Positions 1 through 11,205 of a stretch of DNA of 64,000 bases are shown here, in pieces. The first letter of the stretch is position 1; each line of letters begins with the position of its first letter. The notes below the pieces were generated by a model that ran no database searches, was not told where the DNA came from, and saw only the letters and a program-made list of their open reading frames with translations. The stretch is from positions 1-64,000 of the forward strand of contig CAXHJY010001603.1 of the NCBI GenBank assembly GCA_964016885.1, given 5' to 3'. Position numbers and translations under genes: made by a program. The DNA comes from Eledone cirrhosa (taxonomy: Eukaryota).

Positions 1-661
1 CAAGCTTATTAGCTATCGTCAGCATCGTATACCTTTCTGTCAGATGATTGAACGTTTGAAAGTATATACTTTCCTTATGCATATTAACGGCTGAGCAGCC
101 TAGTTTGCATATCGAGTGAGTTAGACGGCCGGGCTAAATGATAAATGGAAAAGAATGAAACGAAATTTCATTTCTCACTCTTAGTACGGCTGATACCTAA
201 ATATAAGTATGTATACGTACATACATATATGTGTACAGACGTACAGTAGTATGTATATATATACATACATGCACACATATATATGTATGTATAGTTTTTT
301 TTGTATGTGGATGTGTGTGTTTTTGTATGTGGATGTGTGTGTTTTTGTATGTATGTATGTGTGTTTATATATATGTGTGTGTATGTATGTGTTTATATAT
401 GAGTATATATATGTATATGCATGCACATGTGTATGTATGTGTACGTATATCTATTTTATATATATGTATACACATATATATATGCATGTGTGTATAGGTA
501 TATATGTGTGTATGTATGTGTATATATATATATATATGTATATACATATCTTGTGTATTTGTTTATATTTAAGTTGTTTTGATCTCCCCCCCCCCCCCAC
601 ACACACACACCTATCGTTGTCAACACGTCCCTCCTTCTTTTACTTTATTTTGTTTTTGTTT

Positions 662-708
<47 letters not shown>

Positions 709-759
709 TAAGATGTATGGTAGGTCGTATGTGAATCGCGATGATCACGTCTGACCTAC

Positions 760-807
<48 letters not shown>

Positions 808-1120
808 AACCAGTAAGACCCCGACAGCTGAGCTCAAGCCGTTTCGACGGCTAATTCTGGACTCATATATATATAAATAATCGAGAATCGGAATCTCAGC
901 CCACGAAATAACGAAACACAATCTTCGAAATGTATGGCAAAGGCTCAATAGTTTGGATAAACCAGAGCTATAACTATCGTTTAAATACCAACACACAGAG
1001 ACAATGCTTAAAATCATTCGCACAGCCGAAAAAACGACCAGGAAAATTCGGGTCACACAATTAATAAATTAATAAATTAAATGAATGTAAAATCTCACCC
1101 GGACCCGCTAGATGGATGTT

Positions 1121-1176
<56 letters not shown>

Positions 1177-1783
1177 TAGAAGCGATATTTAATTTGTTGG
1201 AAATCCGACAAGTATAAATATAAATGTTTATAACTGATTTAGAGCATTCAACAGTTTTTTCCTGGAGTAAATATTCAATGATATTAAATAAATGGAAACT
1301 ATATTTATAAAACCATATTTATTTTATTATATATGTATTTCAAGGGTACCAAAACACTTTGGTACGCTTTCTTCAGATAAAATACAAAGTTTGTTTTATA
1401 AATAGAGACATACCCAGTAAAATCATACCTTATCAGTTGGATATTCTCTGGATAGTGGAAATATATTATGGATTTTTCAAAGTTATGGGTGAATATGCAA
1501 ATGAATATGTAAATAATTGAAAAGCGTTTATTTAAACGACTATAATATATATATATATATATATCGTTTCTGAATTTGTTTAGCAAGATTCTTTATCTGA
1601 AAACGTGTGTTGAAACCGATATTGTTATACTTTGGGAGGGTCATGTTGCCAATAAGAAACACGCACCAGTTGCTTTCACTCCAATTTATTGTAAATTTAA
1701 AAAAAAATTTTAAACATTTTTTCAAAACAAATTTATAGATTTCCGGTTGGTTGGTTCGACAACCGGACGGTTGTTCATATATT

Positions 1784-1826
1784 GTCAAAGTTCTTTCGTC
1801 ACACATTCTGTGACCTCTTCAGTTAC
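1784..1826 (-). ncRNA. Type I hammerhead ribozyme motif
   Basis: rc reads gtaa-CTGAAGA-ggtcaca..tgtgac-GAAA-gaa-CTT-tgac; one stem I mismatch. Confidence 0.75.
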
Positions 1827-1950
1827 AGGGGATTCTTTTCCTTGTTTTGTGCCTCTCCTTTGTTCTGTCCTACGCCATCTTATTTTACACAAAAACAAGA
1901 TGGCGTAGGACAGAACAAAGGAGAAGCACAAAACAAAGAAAAGAATCCCA

Positions 1951-1993
1951 GTCACTGAAGGGGTCACAGAATGTGTGACGAAAGAACTTTGAC
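1951..1993 (+). ncRNA. Type I hammerhead motif (A9G mutated copy)
   Basis: gtca-CTGAAGG-ggtcacagaatgtgtgac-GAAA-gaa-CTT-tgac. Confidence 0.7.
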
Positions 1994-2374
1994 AATATAT
2001 GAACAACCGCCTGGTTGTGGAACCAACCAACCAACCGGAAATCTATAAATTTTTTTTTTTTAAATTTACAATAAAATTGAGTGAAAGCTACTGGTGCGTG
2101 TATTTCTTATTGGCAACATGACCCTCCCAAAGTATAACAATATATATATATAAACAACTAAAATATATATATATATATTTTTTGTTCTTATTTATTTTTT
2201 TATTTAGTTATTTCTGCTTGCTTACTACTTGCCAAATTTGAGTGTATATATATGTGTATGTATTTATGTTCCTGTCCATATTTCTTTGTAGACGCTAATA
2301 CGTTTGTGTGAGTTTACGTCTACATACTTTTTAGTATATGCGCGTAGTTGATTGTGTGTATGTTTACGTTCTGG

Positions 2375-2441
<67 letters not shown>

Positions 2442-2445
<4 letters not shown>

Positions 2446-4475
2446 GACAAGAATCAAAGCTATGTTAGAACATTTAATTGCTGACAATTGTTTCTTCTAA
2501 GCCTAGGCTTGGAGTCTTCGGAGCATTATTAGCAATGTTTATACATATAATCAGCCTCCTATTTCGCTAAAGAATCATACAGATACGCATTGTGGACAAC
2601 AGTGTGGGATGGATGCGACATATATTATGTTAAATTGTACAATAAGATTCAAAATTAAAATTACAAGCTTTTGGTGGGGCACGTGAGGCAGATAATATAA
2701 GAGCGTCTAGTAAATAAATGAAATTAAAGAGACAGTACGTGCGTTAGTCATATAAAGCAATTGAACAAGCAAAGGTATCAAGCATATATGAGTGCTGGGT
2801 GTTGCGTACAAAATACAAGCACTTATAGCATGTGTGTTAATATATGTGTTAATATATTAAGGTGGTTTCAATGCGGAGATATCTTCTGTGTAGATCAAAT
2901 ATGCGCGTGTGCAGAATAAGAAAGATCCAGGTTTCACATCCATTACATTTGTCACGGTATATATGTATTGAGTGTTTGTTATAGTAATGGCTTGTGATGT
3001 AAAGTAACTTAGTGTTAGTTAGTCCGTGCCGTATATTACGTTTGTAGAGCTGGGAGATTCTTCTACTGTTTATTATCCGGAAGTGGAAATGTAAATAAGG
3101 GGAGCTAATGCGTAAGGGGAGGTAACTAGCTCATTGTAATAATATTTAAACTCATTGTTCTAAGGGATTTTATATAGTGTTATAATTGAGGGCCTAATAT
3201 AGAAACTATATATTTATATTTAATTCAATTATAAACCCAGTCCACTCTCTCCTAATACGTTAAGGTATCATTAGAAAGTTGCCTATCAAATATTATAAGG
3301 TGCCATAATTGAGTTTCTCATACAAAGTGTTATATATTTATATTAATTTAATCTTAGATAGTCTACCCTCCCAAAATATATCAAAGGTTTTATTAGATTG
3401 CTGTCTACCCTGTATATGGTGAGCTATGTAATACCGTATAGTTGTTTGCATGATAAAATAGATATATCTCTAGGGTAAATAAATAAACACATCCCTTATA
3501 TACAATGTTATTAATGTTAATCCATACATTTAATTATAGATGTATATATAATTCATTGTTCCATATTGCATTTAAGTTAGATAAATCCCTTATGCTCCTA
3601 CATTAATCCTATATATACAATGATATTAATTTTTATATTTAATTGAAAATGTATATATAATTCATTGTCACGTTTAATATTTAAAGTTTATCTAAATTAT
3701 ATTATATTTCTATCACTATATAATTATAAGTAATCTAATTTTACTATATTAAGAGTATAGAGTTATAGGTCGGCTGGATTGTGTAGAGGAAAGGGTGGAT
3801 CAAAGAGTGTGGTGCAGTGGTGCAATGCAAGCCCTACAGGTGAAGTGCTAATGGAGGTGTTGAGTTCAAAACTGACATTGTTATATACTAGGTTTAAAGC
3901 TTTGAAAAGAGTGTCGGAAGCAGTGCTGGCACGATGCAAACACTCCGATTTTTTTTTATTAAGGAGGTTAAGGTTCGAAAAGATTATTGTATGGGTCTCT
4001 AGAAGACAGAGGTTATAAAATGTATTAGGTGGTTTATACGATGCTGCCCTACCTACTACTTCCCATTGAAGTGTATATGATCTATTCCTATTTTTCAGAT
4101 AGTGTATGTATCTAGATAATGAAGTTGAGTTGGCTAGATTGTGCTTTCTGAAAAAGTGAAGGTGTGAGTTGTATCTCGTCTTGAAGCAGTTCGAAGTGGA
4201 GCCTATATAGGTTTTAAAAGAGTTGATAGTGTTGACCGTGCATGAGTAAATGATGTCCTTAAAGGGCAGGTTCTATTAGATCTACAGTTACATTTATTTT
4301 GGGTTAAATCTTGCCGGTTATTATGCTGCGTAGAAGTCTGGTTGCTAGGTATTGCATTAGTTATAGTTATAGTTTTTGAAGGTTTTATGTAACAGTTTCC
4401 TTGTTCTTTCTATATTAATTTTTTTATAGTCTATAAGGAGTAGTGCATCATCGCGGTATAAACCACCGTTGAGGT
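2442..4475 (-). mobile_element. Internally deleted, 5'-truncated Penelope-like element
   Basis: Manual rc translation gives NGGLYRDDALL (RT, ~4440-4470) and IIYSCTVNTINSFKTYIGSTSNCFKTRYNSH (GIY-YIG, ~4165-4255), then a long AT-rich 3' UTR ending in an HHR at 2479-2525. Confidence 0.8.
2479..2525 (-). ncRNA. Hammerhead motif, CCGAAGA (U4C) core
   Basis: rc: tgct-CCGAAGA-ctccaagcctaggcttagaa-GAAAC-aatt-GTC-agca. Confidence 0.7.
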
Positions 4476-4696
4476 ATGGTATATACGCATATATATGGTA
4501 TATACGCATGTATATGTATACATCGTATTTGTCAGACTACGAGTGTCAAGGTATGTATCTCCCCATGGACTTGACACCACCAACACATCCACCACACCAC
4601 CAAAAACGCCATTACCATAAACAACAACACCACACCCACATCATACACAATAATCAGCCACAAATATACACCAATCTGTCTACCGACAATCCATTA

Positions 4697-4880
4697 CCCC
4701 CACACCACAGCCCATCCCAGTCAGCGACCGTCACCACCATTTTATCATCACATCCACCCCCACATACACTACAGGCGAAGGTCAACCCCCCCCCCCCCCC
4801 ACACCACAGCTCATCCCAGCCAGCGACCGTCACCAGCATCTTATCATCACACCCACCCCCACATACACTACAGGCGAATA
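4697..4880 (+). repeat. Two-copy direct repeat, period ~99 bp
   Basis: acaccacagc.catcccag.cagcgaccgtcacca... begins at 4702 and again at 4801. Confidence 0.85.
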
Positions 4881-4986
4881 CATCCCTATGATCTATTCCA
4901 CCAACCAAAACAATTCATATTGACCAACACATGAACTTCTGACTTTATCATATAGCATGTATTCATTTTCTTATAGCATTTTAAAG

Positions 4987-5071
4987 GGTCCGTCGAGCTG
5001 CCGATTATAGAGTCGGGTAAGATCGATACAGATCGAACCTTGAGCTGATCAGTGGCGAAACGCGCGTCACC
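4987..5071 (+). ncRNA. Hammerhead-like motif with branched, expanded stem II
   Basis: ggt-CCGTCGA-gctgc[~50 nt with hairpins]gtggc-GAAAC-gcgc-GTC-acc. A partial paralogue at ~40343-40408 reads CCGACGA. Confidence 0.6.
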
Positions 5072-5208
5072 TACCAATAAATGTAATGAAGGTGTAACCA
5101 ATCGTCCTTGTTATCCTTTCAATATATTACACTCTGTATAGCTCTACACCTCAACACAGAAGTGAAACTAAACATCGAGTGCTCACCCGGTGAACTCCAA
5201 GTTACACT

Positions 5209-5270
<62 letters not shown>

Positions 5271-5369
5271 CCCTATTTCCTTTTCGTCGGTATTTTTCAG
5301 CTTTACTTTCATATTTCCTAAATTTTGTTTTCAAATCCATATTTAATAAAAACACCATGTTTTTTTATT

Positions 5370-5426
5370 CATTCTGACGACTGAAGACAGATACAACATC
5401 TGTCTTCAAGAAACGACTGGTAAATG
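5370..5426 (+). ncRNA. Type I hammerhead ribozyme
   Basis: catt-CTGACGA-ctgaagacagat-acaac-atctgtcttcaa-GAAAC-gactg-GTA-aatg; 11-bp stem II. Confidence 0.85.
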
Positions 5427-5499
5427 TTGTTTATTACATAACTAAATATATATATATGTGTGTGTGTGAGAAAAACCACAGACCCTCCATCTCAACTCA

Positions 5500-5537
5500 C
5501 CTTTTGAAAAGCAGAAGAACTGCGAAACCGGTAAAGG
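5500..5537 (+). ncRNA. Minimal hammerhead, U3:A8 core variant
   Basis: cctt-TTGAAAA-gcag-aagaa-ctgc-GAAAC-cg-GTA-aagg; palindromic helix III ACCGGT. Confidence 0.8.
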
Positions 5538-5671
5538 AACCAAATAAATATATATATATATTTTTTTTTAAATAAGACTCCAGTTGCATTTTCGATTTCA
5601 TCTCTTTTTCTTTATACTTTCACTCGTGTAGGACACCTCGGTTATTTTTCATTTTGTAAAAAAAACCTCAC

Positions 5672-5715
<44 letters not shown>

Positions 5716-5728
5716 TTAATATAGATGA

Positions 5729-5777
5729 GATTCTACAGGACTAGAACTGTTTCGTTCTTTAGAAATCATCAGGAATC
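5729..5777 (-). ncRNA. Type I hammerhead ribozyme
   Basis: rc: gattc-CTGATGA-tttctaaagaac-GAAAC-agttctagtcct-GTA-gaatc; same family as 29312-29410. Confidence 0.85.
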
Positions 5778-6146
5778 AGGCTGTCCAAAATAAATGTTGT
5801 GGTATTTATATCTTTTCTGGTGGTAGGAGAGGGTGGGGAGTGGGATGGGTTGAGGTCATTGGTTGAAAGAAAAGGGAATTCATTAAAAGCTATAATTTCA
5901 TTAAGGCTATAATTCATTAAGGCTATAATTTATATTTAGAGTGACAAAGGCAGAAAGAATGCTATAAACAAGTTCAAATTGGGGTGCCACTCCTTATTTT
6001 TAAGTTTCTCTCAAGCTAACAATGCCTATATTTCAGGTGTCTATAAGATGGTTGGGGGTCGGTCATGGTTGATGGATTTAAAGAAAAAGGAAATTCTTTA
6101 AAGCTAATTCTTTAAAGCTCTACTTAGAGTGACAAAGGCCAAGAGA

Positions 6147-6214
<68 letters not shown>

Positions 6215-6279
6215 ATAATAATAAAATTGAAGACTAAAATCCAAAGAGGGCTCGATAAGGAAAATATATATAAAATATA

Positions 6280-6580
6280 TAAGAACCGTAGGGCAAATAT
6301 TTATTAAAATAACAGATTAAAGTTTAAGCAAAGAATCGCTGCTTTCACCCTTAACGGGATCTTCTGAAACTAACAAAGTCAATCTGTAAACGCAGAACTG
6401 GATATTTCAAAAAACGTTGCAGCCGGAGGAAGACAGGAAGACGATACTTTGGTTCGTGGAAACGTTCGCTGGCAAAGAACGGGAAAAAACGAATAATATG
6501 TCATTAATAGGAGCGGTGAAAAACAATTACGCGCAAAGACAGAACCACGTTTAACATAAATAACAATCAAATTATATTTC
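6280..6580 (-). mobile_element. Solo 3' end of the PLE family at 29490-32545, with HHR at 6321-6371 (CAGAAGA core)
   Basis: Reverse complement of ~32290-32545; agttt-CAGAAGA-tcccgttaagggt-GAAA-gcagcgattctttg-CTT-aaact. Confidence 0.85.
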
Positions 6581-6591
6581 AAACATTTAAT

Positions 6592-6638
6592 AGCTTACGA
6601 TCGTTTCACCCAGATATAGGTCTGGAATCATCGGAGCA
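6592..6638 (-). ncRNA. Hammerhead motif, CCGATGA (U4C) core
   Basis: rc: gct-CCGATGA-ttccagacctatatctgggt-GAAAC-gatc-GTA-agc. Confidence 0.75.
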
Positions 6639-7039
6639 TATAAATGTTAAAACAAATATGTTCCTAATCACTAGAACATTTAACAGGATACATTATAGGT
6701 GAGAAGACTGATTATAAGTGTTAACACCAATATATTAAGGAGTAAGAGCATAAGAAAGTTGTACAGATATAAAAATAGTAATGAAATATAATGAATATAA
6801 TATAAATAATTGGAGGTATATGTTATATATAAAGATATGATTATTACTTATAACAAAAAATTATAATAAGAATATTATAGCAAAAATATTATATCAAAAA
6901 TATTAATTACAATAGAGTACATGCAATATATGTAAGAGAATGGTATAGTGAAAACATAAATGTAGGTATTAAAATTTATAAATATCAAAAGATATATTGA
7001 TTTTAGGCATTTATAATTTTTAATACCTACATTTATATC

Positions 7040-10010
7040 ACAGGGTGGAACAAGAGGGAGTTTGAGTCAGATCCAGGGAACAGGGCCCGTTGATAGGAAG
7101 AGGAAATGGCTGGACCAATTTAAGACCCTACTAGGAGAGCTGCCTTCCACAGACCAGAACACTGGGGAGATCAGGCAGCTGTTTGAGGAATTGGATATTG
7201 AGACAGAACCCTTTTCCAGAGAGCCAAGATGATGATCTAAGAGAAGATTGCGTGGCACCAGAGGTGAGTAAGAGGTGTGATTTTGATGCTATCATCCTGG
7301 AGTGCCCCGTGCTATAATATGGTGGGCTTTTAGAAAACTAGGAGTAGATGAATGGCTTGTGAAAGCTGTACAAGCCATGTACAGAGGAGCAGTCAGCAAA
7401 GTTAGGGTTAACAATGACTATAGCGAGGAATTTAGCATATAGGTTCTAAATTCCTCGCTATAGTCATTGTCAGAACTAGACAAACTTGGAAACAGAAGGC
7501 AACCTGACGAAGAAAGATCTGGAAGCTGAAAGACCCTTCAACCAGTAACAGAGACATTAAATGTAGAACACTGGGAGTTCCTAAAAAATAACTTACTAAA
7601 GGCGACGGACGAGATTTGTGGTTGGAACAAGACCACAGGGAGGAGGAGAGTGACTTCGTGGTGGAACAATAAGGTAGATGAGGCAATTAAGGCTAAGAGA
7701 CAGGCATGGAAAGAATGGAATAATGGGGGAAGCAGGGTACATTACATAGAGACCAGGAGGGAAGCTAGGCGACAACTATACTTAGCTAGAAGGGAAGTGG
7801 AGGATAGAAAATTCAAGCATGTTTTGCAGCATGAGGACCAGAAAAAGGAGGTGTTCAGGATTGCGAGGCAGTGTGTTAGAGAACATTGTGATGTCATTGG
7901 AGAGAAGTGTGTCCGGAACGATAAAAGTGAGCTTGCCATCACAAGTGCCGAGAAGAAAGCCGCGTCGAAGAGCCATTATGAAAGATTACTAAATGAGGAG
8001 AATGCATGGGAGAAAGAGACTCTGCCCCAAGTGGACACTATAGAGGGACCAGTAATACAAGTCAGCAGCAGCGTAGTAAGTAAGGCAATTAAAGATATGA
8101 AGACTGGGAAGGCAAGCAGTCCATCAGGTATAGCTGCCGAGATGCTGAAAGCATCTGGGTCGGTAGGCCACACCATAACCACACGTATTGTTAACCAGGT
8201 AATACAAGAGGGTGTCATACCAAAGGATTGGTGCAGCAGCATCATTGCCAACTGCTACAAAGCTAAAGGAGATACACTAGATAGAGGAAATTATAGAGGT
8301 ATAAAGCTGATGGACCAGGTCATGAAAGTAACAGAAAGAATTATAGTATACTTTATTAGGAGCCGGGTGAAACTAGATGAGATGCAATTTGGGTTTGTGC
8401 CAGGAAGGGGCACCACTGATGCCCTCTTCCTTGTGAGGCAGATAGAGGAAAAGTGCCTAGCTAAAAGTAAGCCGCTAAAAGTAAGCCGATGATCGACGAG
8501 GGCAAGGCCCATTGAGATGATTGCGTGACACCAGAGGTGAGTAAGAGGTGTGATTTTGATGCTATCATCCTGGAGTGCCCCGTGCTATAATCCGGTGGGC
8601 TCTTAGAAAACTAGGAGTAGATGAATGGCTTGTGAAAGCTGTACAAGCCATGTACAGGGGAGCAATCAGCAAAGTTAGGGTTAGCAATAACTATAGCGAA
8701 GAATTTAGCATACAGGTCAGTGTCCACTAGGGCTCTGTTCTTAGCCCTCTCCTGTTCATTATAGTTTTGCAGGCAATAACGGAGGAGTTTAAGACCGGAT
8801 GCCCATGGGAACTCCTGTATGCATATGATCTCACACTTATAGCTGAATCTATGTTAGAACTAGAGAAGAAATTCCAAACATTGAAGCTGGGACTAGAAAG
8901 AAAGGGTCTCAAAGTCAACCTGACAAAGACTAAGGTCCTCGTAAGTAGACGAGAAAACAGAACCCAGATCCTTCAGGGAAATGGCCTTGCTCAGTATGTA
9001 GGAACGGTGTAGGTAGGAATTCCATCCTCTGCGCCAAATGCAAACAATGGGTACACAAGATATGTAGTGGGATCTCAGGAAGCTTAACTAAGAATGTAGG
9101 CTTCACATGTAGCAGCTGTGCTGGGACAGCAAGTAGCTACCAAGCTCTGGGAGGGCTCTGTAGAAGCAGTAGACAGCTTTTGCTACCTAGGTGACCGAAT
9201 TAGCAGCGGAGGTGGGATGGAACGGGATGGAATAAGTTCAGGGGCTACTGCCACTGCTAGCTGCAAAAGGTTTTTCCCTCAAAATGAAAGGCAGACTGTA
9301 TGATGTGTGCACACCAACAGCAATGTTACATGGTAGTGCGACCTGGGGGCTGTGCGTAGAAGACTTGCAAAGATTAGAAAGAAACGAAGCTTGCATGCTC
9401 CGATGGATGTGTAATACGTGAACGGCAAAGCATAAACGAACTGAGAGAGAAGCTGAACATAAGAGGAATCAAATGCTGTGTGCAGTAGAGGAGCATGCGT
9501 TGGTACGGACATGTGATGCGTATGAAAGATGACAGCTGCATAAAGAAAGGCAGAGCACTAAAAGTTGATGAAACCCGTGGAGTGGATGGACTCAAGAAGA
9601 CCTGGAACGAGGTGATAATAGCCGACCTTGTCCAATTGCACCTCTCAACGGCGATGACACAGGACCGTGACCTCTGGCGTCACGCAGTAATACAGAGGCA
9701 ACAAGCCGAAGCGGAAGCATATAGGAAATATGCCCCCTTCCCCTCGTGGAGGTGTCACGACAAAAAAGCACCCAAACCACACTGTAAAGTGGACGTGCTG
9801 GGTGCTTTTTTCCGTGAAAAAAAAACACGCAGTACTGACTGTAAATGAGGTTGGTGTTAGGAAGGGCATCCAGCTGTAGAAATCAAGCCAAAATCAGTTC
9901 CCGTATGAGCAAGACAAGGTCAGCCGACTGGGCACAGCCCACAATAGGACAACCCGTCTAATCCATGCTAGCGTGGAAGAATCGATTTAAAACGGTGATG
10001 GTCATGATGA
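7040..10010 (+). mobile_element. RTE-clade LINE, 5'-truncated, rearranged and decayed
   Basis: WWNNKVDEAIKAKR..., NYRGIKLM, QFGFVPGRGTTDALF, PWELLYAYDL, RWYGHVMR; frameshifts and stops; (atg)-like tail near 10000. 7250-7440 duplicates 8525-8712. Confidence 0.9.
7650..9720 (+). pseudogene. RTE reverse transcriptase, fragmented
   Basis: ORFs 7650-8492, 8767-9012 and 9495-9848 are colinear pieces of an RTE ORF2. Confidence 0.85.
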
Positions 10011-10089
10011 TATATAATATACAATTTGTTTTGCAAGGTTTTTGATATGAAATCGTGTATTGAAACATATTGTTCAATATGTATATACT

Positions 10090-10164
<75 letters not shown>

Positions 10165-10198
10165 AGTGTAATTTTCTACACAAAACGAAGGTTATAGC

Positions 10199-10738
10199 GA
10201 AAATTGAGGTTGGTAATGGCACATGGAATATATAAGAGACAGAATACTTTTTTGTGAAAAAACATAATTTTATAAGGTAAGGAAATAATAAAGGGTATAA
10301 AAAATGACCGGTTTCGATGGGTCTGCAAAAGCCATCTTTTCAAATGTTGATTAATATTAAGAAAAATTAATAATACGAAGAGTTAAAATTTGAGACTTGA
10401 AAATTCAAGTATAAAATTCATTGTGGGATTTCATAGCAGTTTTCATCTAGGTAGCAACAACAGGTTGACTGCTGTGTCCCTTTCTGGTAGTGAATGAGAA
10501 GTTATTTGGGGTGTGGGTTATTTTATAAAGGTCAGATTTAGCAATCACCAGCTGGCCAGCTGCTGGTCAGTGAGGGGGTGGAAGCAATATACATACACAT
10601 ATCTTCTTGTGGTGGGTAAGAGAGTGAAGCGTGATAGAAAGGGATTTAGTGCACTTACACCTATATATACACACATACCTTCATCCACACATACATACAT
10701 ATACATATACATATATATATATATATATATATACATAT

Positions 10739-10789
<51 letters not shown>

Positions 10790-10828
10790 TATACACATAC
10801 ATACACCCACACACAGAGAAATGGCCTT

Positions 10829-10832
<4 letters not shown>
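10199..10832 (-). mobile_element. Left arm of large inverted repeat (PLE-type 3' UTR with U3:A8 HHR at 10301-10348)
   Basis: Reverse complement of 17570-18645 apart from a few substitutions and microsatellite length; rc core TTGAAAA-gatgg..ccatc-GAAAC-cg-GTC. Confidence 0.9.
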
Positions 10833-10866
<34 letters not shown>

Positions 10867-10995
10867 CAGACACATATATTTTTTCCATAATATAAGAAGT
10901 TGGGGCAGTGAAATTAAAATACAAGTCATTCTGATCACATTGAGTTCTTCATGTAGATTGGGCCCCGCAACCGACAGTGGTGAATTCTGTGTGCG

Positions 10996-11047
<52 letters not shown>

Positions 11048-11205
11048 TAGATATATATGTGTGTGCACGTGCAGGGTTTAACATGGATGTGTTGGTCACA
11101 CAAAGGCATGGTCTGTCAATGAATAAACCTGATTCTACAGAATTGGTCTCAGGTCTTTAATAGTAGTGATTCCGTGCGTATGTGTGTTTATATTTTATGA
11201 CAATT

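Larger units (their letters stand above)
1621..2141. mobile_element. Fold-back pair of PLE 3' terminal segments (pLTRs), 3' ends outward
   Basis: 1621-~1886 and ~1887-2141 are reverse complements (attgttatactttgggagggtcatg.../...catgaccctcccaaagtataacaat). The same sequence is the 3' end of the PLE at 18727-20045. Confidence 0.9.

Noticed and set aside
36-75. CAGATGA...GAAAG-tatata-CTT possible U4A hammerhead
   Set aside because: Helix III palindrome is present, but stems I and II do not pair convincingly.
181-754. YI/CV/HT-rich ORFs here and at 10.5-11.1, 17.5-18.3, 27.0-27.7 and 41.8-42.2 kb
   Set aside because: Translations of (TA)n/(TG)n microsatellites.
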